In this document: positions 37,447 to 47,788 of the stretch, one piece after another
Position numbering within the stretch: position 1 is the first letter of the stretch
Layout of the letters: each line of letters begins with the position of its first letter
Assembly: GCA_045613205.1 (NCBI GenBank)
Contig: JAZLAO010000093.1
Span: forward strand, 18,274-82,273
Reading direction: 5' to 3'
Source: Eubacteriales bacterium
GTDB taxonomy: Bacteria > Bacillota > Clostridia > Oscillospirales > CAG-272
DNA: 64,000 nucleotides
Program-made: the position numbers and the translations under genes
Notes under the pieces: generated by a model
Databases searched by the model: none
Told to the model about the DNA's origin: nothing
The model's input: the letters and a program-made list of their open reading frames with translations, nothing else

Positions 37447-37452
37447 TAAAGA

Positions 37453-37728
37453 TTAAGCGTTAACTTCGTCCTTAAGAACCTTGGAAGCGGAAAATGCAGG
37501 CTTCTTGGAAGCAGCTATCTTAATGGTTTCGCCAGTCTTGGGGTTGCGGCCTTCTCTTTCAGCAGTAGCCTTAACCTCGAAAGTACCGAAGCCGATAAGC
37601 TGAACCTTGTCGCCAGCCTTAAGTGCGGAAGTTATTGCAGAAAAAGTAGCAGCAACAACTGCGTCAACGTCCTTCTTGGTAAGTCCGGTTTCAGAAGCTA
37701 CTACGTCTACGAGATTTGTCTTGTTCAT
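37453..37728 (-). CDS. hup: DNA-binding protein HU
   Basis: MNKTNLVD...[42 protein letters not shown] is canonical HU. Confidence 0.93.
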   Translation of the reverse strand: MNKTNLVDVVASETGLTKKDVDAVVAATFSAITSALKAGDKVQLIGFGTFEVKATAEREGRNPKTGETIKIAASKKPAFSASKVLKDEVNA

Positions 37729-37763
37729 AGTTTAAATTTCCTTTCTATTTAAAAGATATATAT

Positions 37764-37792
37764 ATTATAACAATATTTTCATACAATTGCAA
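37764..37792 (-). promoter_or_regulatory. Promoter of hup
   Basis: On the minus strand: TTGCAA, a 17-nt spacer, then an extended -10, TGtTATAAT. Confidence 0.55.
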
Positions 37793-37847
37793 TACTTATA
37801 CGGGTATTTTTGTGCCCCCTTTATGCATTTTCGTCCTTATATATAAT

Positions 37848-39416
37848 TTAAATATTTATTTTTTGTATATTTTTGCCATTTTTAGTATTAAAAAGATAAA
37901 CCGATAATGTTATACTGCAATAAATCAGGGCAAAAATAATCAGCTCTGCCATATAAACATATATATTTTCGCTTTCAATCAGGTTTCTGAATAAACGGCA
38001 AATAAAAATAGAGATTAAAGACGCCGCGAAAACCGGCAGCAAAGCCGACATAAATCCTATCCTTATTTTCTTACGCACCGAAAGATAATATACCGATATA
38101 ATAAAACTAATTATATAGGAAATTACCGTTCCTATAGGAGCACCGTAAATGCCGAAATTATCATTATTTATTAAAACACCGCTTACAGTAACCTTTAAAA
38201 CTAAACCTATAAGCAAAGATAGGAAAGGGATTTTAGTATCCCCTATTCCCTCAAGTGATGTGTTTACTACGGTAAGAAGACACATAAAAATTACGCTTGG
38301 CGCTAAAACCGATAAGAGAGGCGCTGCCATAAAGGCACTGGAATCCTCAAATAATATAGAAAGTATCTCTTTTGAACGAAACATAAAAAGAACAGCTGCA
38401 GGAACAGATATAAATGACAGTATTTTTACGGCAACGGATATTTTTTCGGAAAGCTCGCGAGAATCGTTTTTGACTCCGCCTTTAGAAACAATGGGAAGCA
38501 AAACCGTTGACAACGGTGCTACAAAGGTTGCCACAAGATTTAACATCGGGATAACGAGCGTTGTATAATTCCCGTAGATTATACCTGCCTGCAGCTCTGT
38601 GAAACCCACTCTTTTCAGTCCGTTCATAACCACAAGCAAATCAATTATTCCGCTGATGCTGGCTACTGCAGCGGTCAAAGTAATTGGTATTGCTATCCTT
38701 AAAATCCTCTTGGTTATGCGGAAATTTATTTCTACAATTTCATGATTCTGCCCCTTTTTAACATGTCTTTTTTCTCTTTTTTGATAGATGTACAAGTATA
38801 AATATCCAAGGAACGCTCCCAGCGTAGCACCCAGAATAGTTAAGGCGGAAACTATTGTTAAATCGTATCTCATATAATTTGCATAAAGAGCAAACACAAG
38901 TCCAAGCACAACTCTTGAAGCACCTGAAATCGCCTCGGATACGGCAATCGGAACGAAATTCATAACTCCGTTAAAATAACCGCGTATCACACCTGCCGAA
39001 CAGGTAAACATCACCGACGGTGCGATAGCAAGCATAGTGAGAAAAGAATTTCGGTTTCCTATTACCAGTGATATTGGCTTTGAAATCAGCAAAAACAGCG
39101 CGGTAATAATCACCCCCAGCAAGCCAAATACCTTTGCGGAGCTTTTATATATTGAATTCACAAGAAAGCAATTTCCGTCTCCCTCGGATTCGGAGATTAA
39201 AATTGAAATCGCTTTCGGAATTCCCGCTGTACATATTATATAAAAAAAGGTATAAACGGTATAAGCAGAATTAAAATACCCCATTCCCTCGTCAGAAAGT
39301 ATATAAGAAAGAGGTATTTTGTAAATTAGCCCGAGTGCTTTTACGATAACGCCGGAGAGCATCAGTAAAACTGTACCGCTTAACAGGTTTTTTCCGTAAC
39401 TGGTTCTTTTTTTCAT
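37848..39416 (-). CDS. MOP-superfamily flippase (SpoVB/YabM-like polysaccharide or lipid II flippase)
   Basis: 522 aa with about 14 TM helices. The N-terminus (LLSGTVLLMLSGVIVKALGLIYKIPLSYILSDEGMGYFNSAYTVY) is typical of SpoVB/MurJ-like proteins. Confidence 0.8.
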   Translation of the reverse strand: MKKRTSYGKNLLSGTVLLMLSGVIVKALGLIYKIPLSYILSDEGMGYFNSAYTVYTFFYIICTAGIPKAISILISESEGDGNCFLVNSIYKSSAKVFGLLGVIITALFLLISKPISLVIGNRNSFLTMLAIAPSVMFTCSAGVIRGYFNGVMNFVPIAVSEAISGASRVVLGLVFALYANYMRYDLTIVSALTILGATLGAFLGYLYLYIYQKREKRHVKKGQNHEIVEINFRITKRILRIAIPITLTAAVASISGIIDLLVVMNGLKRVGFTELQAGIIYGNYTTLVIPMLNLVATFVAPLSTVLLPIVSKGGVKNDSRELSEKISVAVKILSFISVPAAVLFMFRSKEILSILFEDSSAFMAAPLLSVLAPSVIFMCLLTVVNTSLEGIGDTKIPFLSLLIGLVLKVTVSGVLINNDNFGIYGAPIGTVISYIISFIISVYYLSVRKKIRIGFMSALLPVFAASLISIFICRLFRNLIESENIYVYMAELIIFALIYCSITLSVYLFNTKNGKNIQKINI

Positions 39417-39432
39417 CTGCTACCTCAATAAA

Positions 39433-39465
39433 AAAATTCGCTAACACAGTATATTAGCGAATTTT
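39433..39465 (-). terminator. Terminator after hemZ
   Basis: aaaattcgctaa / ttagcgaatttt stem with a 9-nt loop, followed by T7 on the minus strand. Confidence 0.7.
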
Positions 39466-39492
39466 AAAATTTATTAAACTGTTTATTGCTCT

Positions 39493-40995
39493 TTAGCCGT
39501 AAAAATCAAGGATTTGACGGTTTACTTGCTTTTTATCCTCTCCCATACGGCGATTTTCTGCCTCGCGGAGATATTCGTAAGGATATTTGGGATTAAATAT
39601 ACGTGTTATTTTAGCGCCGCCCTCCTCTTCGGGTCTATCGTCAACAAGCTTAGTTACCGCGCCCGCACCGACGGCAAAAATAGACTGCACCTCTTCCATC
39701 ATAAAGACGTTATACATTCCCTCGTGACCGTCAATCGAAAATCCTACGTTTTCAAGATTGCTTACGGTATTTTTCTGCCTGTACATATAATAGGGCTTAT
39801 ATCCTGCAAATTTCGCCTTAAGCTGTGAATAGGAAACGCCCTTGTTTGCATCAGAGACGTTTATTGAATAAATGCCCGAATTCTTACGGAGAGCATCTGC
39901 AGCTTTTTTCACACAAAAGGTATGAACCGTTATATTGGTAGGCGCAAGCTCAATTACCTTATCTACGGTTTCTGAAAAATTCTTGAAATCGTCATTGGGC
40001 AAGCCTGCAATAAGGTCTACATTAATGTCTCTTATTCCGCTGTTTTTCGCAATTTTATACGCGCGGTAAAAATCTTCCACGGTATGCTTACGACCTATTT
40101 CCTTTAAAATTTCATCGTTCAAGGTCTGCGGATTCACGCTTATGCGGGTTACACCGTATTCCTTTGCCACTTTAAGCTTTTCTTCGGTTATCGTATCAGG
40201 TCTTCCCGCTTCAAGAGTAAATTCCCAGAGAGAATTTACGTCAACGTGCTCGCAAATCTTTTTGAAGATACGTTCGAGCTGTGAAGGAGTCAAAGTGGTA
40301 GGCGTGCCTCCGCCTATATATACCGTTAAAAGCTCAAGACCTATAGTCTTAATTGCAAAAAAGCGTTCCTCAAGCTCCAGAAGCAGAGCGTCTATATACT
40401 CGTCAATGAGCGAGAGCAGTCTTGGCGTCGTGTAGGAAACAAAGCTGCAATACGAGCACCTAGACGGGCAAAAAGGAATAGATATGTAAAGCGAACACGA
40501 ATTTTTCGGTATCTTTTTTAAGAGCTTTGCCTCAGCCGATGCCACGGAAACGGCAAGAGCCGCTTTCTGTGGATTAAGAAAGTATTCGTCACGCATTATG
40601 CGTTTTGATTTGATAATTCCCTTTCCGCGCTTCAATAGATTTCCCGCAACCTTTGCAGGTCTTATTCCGGTTAATATTCCCCACGGCGGTGTATGACCGA
40701 GCAGCTCTTTTCCCGCTGCAAACATAGCCCGTCCAACAGCTATACACTCATGAGTCGCAAACGCAATCTCCTCATCAAGCGATACAGTCTCGGTAGCCTC
40801 ACATACTCTGTCATTCAGATTTATTGAAACGTACGCTGTAACGAAACCGTCTCCGTCAGGATATACGTGCACCTTAACCTCAGGAATATCCTCACCGCGA
40901 ACTTCATTTGCGCCAAAGGTAGAGCCCGGAAAGAAAATCATACAGAGCGTTTGAACATAATACTTATTTATGTTGCCGTCTATATGAAGAATCAT
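39493..40995 (-). CDS. hemZ: HemN/HemZ-like radical SAM protein (oxygen-independent coproporphyrinogen oxidase family)
   Basis: A radical-SAM cluster motif (CPSRCSYCSF) and GGGTPT. 500 aa with the N-terminal extension typical of HemZ. Confidence 0.8.
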   Translation of the reverse strand: MILHIDGNINKYYVQTLCMIFFPGSTFGANEVRGEDIPEVKVHVYPDGDGFVTAYVSINLNDRVCEATETVSLDEEIAFATHECIAVGRAMFAAGKELLGHTPPWGILTGIRPAKVAGNLLKRGKGIIKSKRIMRDEYFLNPQKAALAVSVASAEAKLLKKIPKNSCSLYISIPFCPSRCSYCSFVSYTTPRLLSLIDEYIDALLLELEERFFAIKTIGLELLTVYIGGGTPTTLTPSQLERIFKKICEHVDVNSLWEFTLEAGRPDTITEEKLKVAKEYGVTRISVNPQTLNDEILKEIGRKHTVEDFYRAYKIAKNSGIRDINVDLIAGLPNDDFKNFSETVDKVIELAPTNITVHTFCVKKAADALRKNSGIYSINVSDANKGVSYSQLKAKFAGYKPYYMYRQKNTVSNLENVGFSIDGHEGMYNVFMMEEVQSIFAVGAGAVTKLVDDRPEEEGGAKITRIFNPKYPYEYLREAENRRMGEDKKQVNRQILDFYG

Positions 40996-41444
40996 TTTTT
41001 TAAAACCTCTGAATTCATAACTATAGTAACCGGACCGTCGGTAGACATTTCGGTGCGCATATCAGCGCCGAACCTGCCGGTTTGTGTATTCTTGACTTTT
41101 CCGGATATGAGCTTTACAAAATACTCGTAAAGCTCGTTTGCCATATCGGGAGCTGCTGCTCCAAAGTAATCAGGTCTGTTTCCGTGAGAATAATTTGCAC
41201 AGAGAGTGAAATTTGACACTACCATAACTTCTCCGTCAATATCCATGACAGAGAGATTCATCTTACCTGCATCGTCGCAGAAGATGCGAAGCTTGGAGAT
41301 TTTCTCAGAAAGAAGCTCGGCATCTTTTCGCTCGTCACCCTTTTCGACTCCGAGCAACACGTAAAGTCCGCGGCCGACCGTCCCCGATAAAACACCGTCG
41401 GCATATACCGTTGCATTATTGATTCTTTGAAGTACAGCTATCAT
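40992..41444 (-). CDS. dtd: D-aminoacyl-tRNA deacylase
   Basis: MIAVLQRI...GLYVLLGV...SNFTL...GNRP..., at 150 aa. An ATGA overlap couples it to hemZ. Confidence 0.92.
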   Translation of the reverse strand: MIAVLQRINNATVYADGVLSGTVGRGLYVLLGVEKGDERKDAELLSEKISKLRIFCDDAGKMNLSVMDIDGEVMVVSNFTLCANYSHGNRPDYFGAAAPDMANELYEYFVKLISGKVKNTQTGRFGADMRTEMSTDGPVTIVMNSEVLKK

Positions 41445-41458
41445 ATTTAAAATCCTCT

Positions 41459-43675
41459 TTAATTCGTGAAGCCGCGTGTCACTGAAAGAACGGAAGATAC
41501 CGAACGCAGCTTTGATACTATTGCCGCATAATGAGAAGTGCTCTTACAGCCAATCAACAGATTAATCATCGCGTTACCGTTTTTAAGCGTTTGCGTATTG
41601 ATTTGGGATATTGAAACCTTCATGTCGGCAAGAACGGCAGATATAGCCGCAATAACACCGATTCCGTCCTCTGCGGTAATCTGAAGCAGTGCTTCATAAG
41701 TTTCGGACGAAGACTGTGCATCGCTCGGAGCTTCCCACTCGGCAACTACCCATCTTGATATGTTATCCTCGACCCGTCTTGAAGAAATTACGTTCGGACA
41801 GTCTGCCTTGTGTATTGATACACCGAAGCCTCTCGTAACAAATCCTACTATTTTATCACCCGGCAAGGGATTACAGCACTTTGCAAACTTGACCTGACAG
41901 CCCGGCTCACCGTCGATTATTATGCCACCGTGAGTGCGGTTGCGCCTTGCGGGAGTTGCCATTTTAATCTTGGAAATCTCTTCAGCTTGTGTTGTGGCTT
42001 TTTCATTATTTTCGTTAAGCTTATCAAGTGCTTCCTTAATTTTAGGCATAAAGCGCTGAAGGGATATTCCACCGAAACCGAGGGTGTTATAAAAATCATC
42101 CGCGTTGCTTATACCAACGCGCTTTGCCACGTTTGCAACGATTTCCGAAAGCTGCGCTTCCGTGCAAGGCTTTCCGTATCTTTTAACTTCCCTTTCGACC
42201 TCGGTTTTTCCTACTACAATATTCTCGGAACGGCGTTCCTTTTTAAACCACTGGCGTATTTTACTGCGCGCCTCTCCCGTCTTAACGATTTTAAGCCAGT
42301 CACGGCTCGGACCTTTAGACGCTTGAGAGGTTATTATTTCAATAATATCACCGTTCTGCGGAACTCTGTCTATCGGGACGATAACACCGTTAACCTTTGC
42401 ACCGGTCATTTTATTTCCTACCGCCGAATGAATGGCATAAGCAAAATCTATAACCGTTGCTCCCAGAGGCAAGGATATAACGTCGCCTTTAGGCGTAAAT
42501 ACGAAGGTTTCGTCATGGAATATATCGGTTTTAAAGGAGCGCATAAACTCGTCGGGATCCCTTGTGTTTTCATCCGATTCAAGAATTTTTGCGATCCAGC
42601 GGAGCTTTTCGTCCATGTTTGTATCCGACTGCTCACCGCTTTTATATTTCCAGTGCGCCGCAATACCGTACTCCGCCTCCTCGTGCATCTGACGGGTTCT
42701 TATCTGAACCTCGAAAGGAATACCGCTTCTGCCTATAACGGTGGTGTGAAGCGAACGGTAAAGATTAGGCTTAGGCGTTGATATATAGTCCTTAAATCTG
42801 CCGGGAACCGATTTAAAAAGCTCATGAACCAAGCCAAGAGAGGTATAACATTCAAGCTCGGTATCCACAATGATTCTTACCGCGTAAAAATCATATATTT
42901 CGTCAAATTCCTTATTCTGCGCGTACATCTTACGGTAGAGACTGTATACCGATTTGATTCTTCCCTCCAGCTTAAAGTTGACGTGATTTTCGGAAAGCTT
43001 ATCATTCAGAATGTGTTTTGCTTCTTCTATAAGGCCGGCATTCTGACCGTATTTTTTGTTAATAGATTCCTGAACCTCGTCATATCCGACTCTGTCAAGA
43101 TAATAAAGGCTTATATTTTCAAGCTCGTGCTTTATCTTCTGAATACCGAGTCGGTGCGCCAAGGGGGCGTAAATGTACATCGTTTCGAGGGCAATCGCTC
43201 TCTGACGGTCCTCTTTTTTTGCCGAAAGAGTTCTCATATTATGAAGACGGTCGCAAAGCTTAATGAAAATAACTCTTATGTCGCGGTTCATTGCAAGGAG
43301 CATTTTACGGATATTCTCTATATGCGCCTCTTCCTTATCGGCAACCTGAACCTGAATTATCTTTGTTAAACCGTCAACAAGCATCGAAACCTCAGCGCCG
43401 AACATCTTTGACAGTATATCCAGATTAGTTTTGTCAGCACAATCCTCAACGGTATCGTGAAGCAACGCTGCGCATATCGAATCGGTATCAAGTCCAAGCT
43501 CGGCAACTATGACCGCAACGGCAACGGGATGGCTGATGTAGGGTTCACCGCTGAGGCGAAACTGCCCATCGTGAAGCTTTGCCGAATACTCAAATGCTTG
43601 CTTAATTTTGTCAATATTGTAGCTTTTTTCGTTTTTTTCTATTACGTCAAGTAATGGTTGTAGTTCTTTGTACAT
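41459..43675 (-). CDS. relA: Bifunctional (p)ppGpp synthetase/hydrolase (RelA/SpoT homologue)
   Basis: An HD domain (HPVAVA...LHDTVED), a synthetase domain (YRSLHTTV...EVQIRT), and TGS and ACT domains. Confidence 0.93.
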   Translation of the reverse strand: MYKELQPLLDVIEKNEKSYNIDKIKQAFEYSAKLHDGQFRLSGEPYISHPVAVAVIVAELGLDTDSICAALLHDTVEDCADKTNLDILSKMFGAEVSMLVDGLTKIIQVQVADKEEAHIENIRKMLLAMNRDIRVIFIKLCDRLHNMRTLSAKKEDRQRAIALETMYIYAPLAHRLGIQKIKHELENISLYYLDRVGYDEVQESINKKYGQNAGLIEEAKHILNDKLSENHVNFKLEGRIKSVYSLYRKMYAQNKEFDEIYDFYAVRIIVDTELECYTSLGLVHELFKSVPGRFKDYISTPKPNLYRSLHTTVIGRSGIPFEVQIRTRQMHEEAEYGIAAHWKYKSGEQSDTNMDEKLRWIAKILESDENTRDPDEFMRSFKTDIFHDETFVFTPKGDVISLPLGATVIDFAYAIHSAVGNKMTGAKVNGVIVPIDRVPQNGDIIEIITSQASKGPSRDWLKIVKTGEARSKIRQWFKKERRSENIVVGKTEVEREVKRYGKPCTEAQLSEIVANVAKRVGISNADDFYNTLGFGGISLQRFMPKIKEALDKLNENNEKATTQAEEISKIKMATPARRNRTHGGIIIDGEPGCQVKFAKCCNPLPGDKIVGFVTRGFGVSIHKADCPNVISSRRVEDNISRWVVAEWEAPSDAQSSSETYEALLQITAEDGIGVIAAISAVLADMKVSISQINTQTLKNGNAMINLLIGCKSTSHYAAIVSKLRSVSSVLSVTRGFTN

Positions 43676-43699
43676 ATGCAATTACCGAAAAATATGTGA

Positions 43700-45883
43700 T
43701 TAATCTTTTCTCTGTTGATTTCTGAATCTGCGAAGCAAACTCGATTTGTCAAGATTTGTTTTTTGGGCATAACGGACCGTAAATTTATAGTTTTCCTCTT
43801 CGAACTCGTCTATTCCCAAAACGTTTAATTCCTGAAATACTTTTATGATGATTTTGAGCTTTATATATCCTATATCTGCCGAGGGGGCGCTTTTAGAAAG
43901 CCTTACCGCCAAATCTCTGTGTGTGAAGGTATCAAGTCCCACTCTGCTTGAAGCTAAAACGTACTGATAAACCGCAACAAAATCCTCGCGCGAGGGCAAA
44001 ACGTTTTCTTCTGCATCGAAAGGCGCTCCGTTCCAAATCTGAGAAAATCTTTCGCGTTCTGCCTCTGTCAAGCGTGCGTCACTGTCAGATTTCTTTATAT
44101 CCTTAACAATCAGCTGAACACTCTTTCTTCCAAGCCATTCGTTAATATCCACGTTGAAAAGAAGGTCTATTCTGTCACCGTTATAAACACCGAGCGATTC
44201 AGGAGAGGTTGAAAAGCACATTGCCGTTATGCTTGAAGCTCCGTCACTCAAAACCAGTCGTGTATGCTTCGAATCGCTGACGGCAGTAACCTCGTTAACC
44301 CATACGTTTCTCATAACGAAAGTCGGAATTGGATTTCCAACTCCGTACGGCTCAAGCTGCTGCAGCTGCTGAGCTAAATACAGGTTAATATCACCGAATT
44401 CAATTGTACAGTCGGCATCGAGAATAGGTATCATATCAACGCTTGAAAGATTTTTTCTTGCGTACTCGTTAATTTTATCTCTGAAGGTATCAAGCTCGGC
44501 TCTTGTAACCGAAAGTCCTGCCGCAAGCTCATGACCGCCAAACTTAAGAAGATGCTGCTCACAATAGCAAAGTGCGTCTACGAGATTAAGTCCTTTTATA
44601 CTTCTTCCCGAGCCCTTTCCAACGTCACTCGAGGAAGGCTCGTCCCCATCGTTACCTTCAAATGAAACAAGAATCGAAGGACGGGAATATTTTTCCGTTA
44701 TCCTCGAAGAAACGATTCCGATAACTCCGTGATGCCAATTATCAGCATCAAGCACGATTACGGGATTATTGTTAAGGTCCATCTTTTCAATTTTCTCGTA
44801 CGCTTCCTTGATTATCTTGTTTTCTTCATTCTGACGCTCTTTGTTTGCATTACAGAGCTCCTCTGCAATATGCATTGCTTTAGCAGTGTCTTCCGCTAAA
44901 AAAAGCTCAACGGCAATTGTTGCACTTCTTATTCTTCCTGCAGCATTTATTCTGGGAGCGAGAGTATATCCAACATATCCCGAGGTGATTTTCGAGCGTT
45001 TCTTTACCCTGTCGCTTTTTTGCGGGTCTTTGGAGGCTGAAGCATCCATAAGCGCAATTATTCCGGGTCTTTTGGTGTTTTCTATCATCTTAAGACCGTA
45101 GCTTACTATTATGCGGTTTTCGCTTTTGATAGGCATAACGTCGGCTATAGTTCCTATTGCAACAAGATCTGCGTATTCGGAGAATATTTTAAGCGCTGCC
45201 TCTTTTCTGGATTTGCCAGTCGTGCGTTCCTCGTATGCCGATATAAGCTTAAAAACAACGCCTACACCCGCGAGTTCTTTGAAGGGATATTCGCAATCGG
45301 GTCTGTGGGGGTTGACGACAGCACAAGCACGAGGTGAATCAGCGTGACATTCGTGGTGGTCGGTTATAACGAAATCAACGTCAATAGTTTTGGCATACTC
45401 TACCTCATCGTGTGCGGTAATGCCCGTATCAACAGTGATTATAAGCTTCGTGCCGCGCTCTTTTATCTGATTGATTGCCGCAACGGAAACACCGTATCCC
45501 TCCCCTGCTCGATTTGGTATGTAATAGTCTATATCCGCACCCTTCGATTTGAGATAGAGATAAAGCGTACATACAGAGGTTACTCCGTCAACGTCATAGT
45601 CACCGTATACGGTAATTTTTTCCTTTTTTTCAACTGCTGTGCGAATTCTTTCGATAGCCTTATCTACATCACGCATCTTGAACGGATCGCAAAGCATTTC
45701 GCTCTCCATTCCGATAAAGGTTCTTACCGAATTTTCATCATTGTAACCGCGGTAATATAAAAGCTTCGCGATTATCGGGTGAATATTCAAAGATTTTGCA
45801 ATTTTCGCAATTTGTTGTTTTGAAAGTGCGTCATCGCATTCTTTAAGAATCCACTTCTTCTCCTTTGCTGTTTTGAGTTTCAT
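43700..45883 (-). CDS. recJ: Single-stranded-DNA-specific exonuclease RecJ
   Basis: DHH motifs (YGDYDVDGVTS; DTGIT; ITDHHE) and DHHA1 (GGHELAAG). Confidence 0.92.
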   Translation of the reverse strand: MKLKTAKEKKWILKECDDALSKQQIAKIAKSLNIHPIIAKLLYYRGYNDENSVRTFIGMESEMLCDPFKMRDVDKAIERIRTAVEKKEKITVYGDYDVDGVTSVCTLYLYLKSKGADIDYYIPNRAGEGYGVSVAAINQIKERGTKLIITVDTGITAHDEVEYAKTIDVDFVITDHHECHADSPRACAVVNPHRPDCEYPFKELAGVGVVFKLISAYEERTTGKSRKEAALKIFSEYADLVAIGTIADVMPIKSENRIIVSYGLKMIENTKRPGIIALMDASASKDPQKSDRVKKRSKITSGYVGYTLAPRINAAGRIRSATIAVELFLAEDTAKAMHIAEELCNANKERQNEENKIIKEAYEKIEKMDLNNNPVIVLDADNWHHGVIGIVSSRITEKYSRPSILVSFEGNDGDEPSSSDVGKGSGRSIKGLNLVDALCYCEQHLLKFGGHELAAGLSVTRAELDTFRDKINEYARKNLSSVDMIPILDADCTIEFGDINLYLAQQLQQLEPYGVGNPIPTFVMRNVWVNEVTAVSDSKHTRLVLSDGASSITAMCFSTSPESLGVYNGDRIDLLFNVDINEWLGRKSVQLIVKDIKKSDSDARLTEAERERFSQIWNGAPFDAEENVLPSREDFVAVYQYVLASSRVGLDTFTHRDLAVRLSKSAPSADIGYIKLKIIIKVFQELNVLGIDEFEEENYKFTVRYAQKTNLDKSSLLRRFRNQQRKD

Positions 45884-45990
45884 ATAATTAAACCATTAGT
45901 CGGGACAAGTCCCGCCCTCCATATTTATTATCAACGTTAGTTTGTGGCGGTCTGATTTTCACCCGCCGCGGACGAGAGTGAAGCCAAATA

Positions 45991-47616
45991 TCACGCTCGC
46001 CCGGGTTTGTATCTTTTAATTATCGCAATCGCGGTTTTTAAGCCGTCTATTGCCGCGCTGGTAATACCGCCGGCATATCCTGCGCCTTCTCCGCACGGAT
46101 AAAAATTGTCCGTTCCGAAGGCAAGCCGTGTCTCTTCGTTACGCAAAATGCGAACGGGAGCACTGGTTCTCGTTTCAGCACCCGTCAAAACTGCAGTGTC
46201 GGATGCGAATCCGCATATTTTTTTATCAAAGTCAAATAGTGCATTTTTTATGGAATCGCATACAAAACTCGGCAAATATTCGTATGGCGACGCTATTTTC
46301 GTATGCATAGACGAATTCATATAGGTGGGTATAACCTCGCGGGGCTCGCTTATACACCTATCGCTGAGAAAATCACCTACGGTTATTATAGGAGCAGAAT
46401 AATCACTGCCGCCGGTAAGGTACGCCGCTCTTTCGATTTTTCTTTGAAATTCTATTGCTTTTTCGGGTGATGAGCCGTAATCCTCTTTGAAAATACTGCA
46501 CACGACTGCTGAGTTGGAATTCCTTCCTCCTCTCGAATGATAGCTCATTCCGTTAACTACGGCACCGCCGTCCTCGCTCGCCGCAGCAACTACCTCACCT
46601 CCGGGACACATGCAGAAGGTATATACTCCTCTAACCTTGGTATTATAAGCGAGATTATACTCGGCATGACCAAGATTAGGATGTCCTGCGAAGTCACCGT
46701 ATAACGCTTTATCTATATTCGCCGTAAGATGTTCTATACGCATACCGACGGAAAATGGCTTTCCTTCAACCGTATAGCCCTCATGAATCAAATTTGAGTA
46801 GGTATCGCGGGCACTGTGTCCGATTGCGAGTATTAACGCACCGTACTCTATTTCACCTCTGTCCGTTATGGCAACACAGGTTTTTCCGCGTTGGACAGCA
46901 GAAATATACTTTGTATGATATAAAACCCTGCCGCCAAGCCTCTCTATTTCTTCAGTAATTTTTTCAACTATCGGCCCAAGAACGTCTGTGCCGATATGGG
47001 GCTTTGCGATATACAGTATTTCCTCGGGCGCACCAAAATCCACAAGCTTTCTCAAAACGTAAGAGGAAAGCGGGTCATTTATTCGGGTTACAAGCTTTCC
47101 GTCCGAAAATGTTCCTGCTCCGCCCGCGCCAAACTGAATATTGGTTTCCGTATCAAGCAGATGACTCTCATAAAATCTGTTAACGGCGTCGCGTCGCTCC
47201 GATATGCTGCCGCCTCTTTCAATAAGAATCGGTGAGTATCCCTCTTCTGCCAGCATCAAAGCTGAAAACAGACCTGCCGGTCCCGCGCCAACTACAAGCG
47301 GTGGGGCAAGCATCGGCTCTTCTCCAAAATTCAGCTCGAACTCACCTCTGAAATCAAGCACGGTTGCACTTATCTCTTTAAGCTGACGGTCGGATATTTT
47401 ACCGAACACTCCCTCCGCGGCAACTGAATAAACGAATTTTATATCGCTCTTCTTACGGGCATCTACGCTTTTTTTGTAAAGCGAGAGTTTTAAATCGCGC
47501 GCAGAAGCCTTTAATTTCGAAAGTCTTCGCCTTGCAACCGAAAACGCCTCTTCGACAGAGGCGTTAACAGGTAAAGTTATATTGTTAACAACTAAAATCT
47601 GAGTTTTAAAACTCAT
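45991..47616 (-). CDS. FAD-dependent oxidoreductase of the COG2509 type (uncharacterised NAD(FAD)-utilising dehydrogenase)
   Basis: A dinucleotide fold (VVGAGPAGLFSALMLAEEGYSPILIERG), GAGGAGTFSDGKL, and the C-terminal GEGAGYAGGI. Confidence 0.8.
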   Translation of the reverse strand: MSFKTQILVVNNITLPVNASVEEAFSVARRRLSKLKASARDLKLSLYKKSVDARKKSDIKFVYSVAAEGVFGKISDRQLKEISATVLDFRGEFELNFGEEPMLAPPLVVGAGPAGLFSALMLAEEGYSPILIERGGSISERRDAVNRFYESHLLDTETNIQFGAGGAGTFSDGKLVTRINDPLSSYVLRKLVDFGAPEEILYIAKPHIGTDVLGPIVEKITEEIERLGGRVLYHTKYISAVQRGKTCVAITDRGEIEYGALILAIGHSARDTYSNLIHEGYTVEGKPFSVGMRIEHLTANIDKALYGDFAGHPNLGHAEYNLAYNTKVRGVYTFCMCPGGEVVAAASEDGGAVVNGMSYHSRGGRNSNSAVVCSIFKEDYGSSPEKAIEFQRKIERAAYLTGGSDYSAPIITVGDFLSDRCISEPREVIPTYMNSSMHTKIASPYEYLPSFVCDSIKNALFDFDKKICGFASDTAVLTGAETRTSAPVRILRNEETRLAFGTDNFYPCGEGAGYAGGITSAAIDGLKTAIAIIKRYKPGRA

Positions 47617-47617
47617 T

Positions 47618-47773
47618 TCAACCTCTTAAAACATCAAACAAATGCAAAGAACTTACCATCGCACCGAGATCGGAACGATAGCTAACTAACATCCAGATGG
47701 CAAAAGCAACCGCAAGACAAACAAAAAACGTCAAAACAGTACTTAGCTTTATACCGAAAATTCTCTTTTTCAT
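47618..47773 (-). CDS. Small (51 aa) single-pass membrane protein ORF, below the ORF-track cutoff
   Basis: My own translation: MKKRIFGIKLSTVLTFFVCLAVAFAIWMLVSYRSDLGAMVSSLHLFDVLRG*. GAGGT lies 7 nt upstream. It starts 15 nt after the cdaA stop, and its TGA is 1 nt before the ATG of the next gene. Confidence 0.4.
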   Translation of the reverse strand: MKKRIFGIKLSTVLTFFVCLAVAFAIWMLVSYRSDLGAMVSSLHLFDVLRG

Positions 47774-47788
47774 TTCAGATTACCTCAA

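Noticed and set aside
45884-45990. A locally GC-rich spacer between the FAD-oxidoreductase and recJ genes, with small hairpins (cgggac-aa-gtcccg; ggcgg...ccgcc), considered as a ncRNA or riboswitch.
   Set aside because: The stems are short (5-6 bp). I recognised no conserved riboswitch core, and the region is too short to judge without covariation data. It is most simply a weak terminator or processing region.
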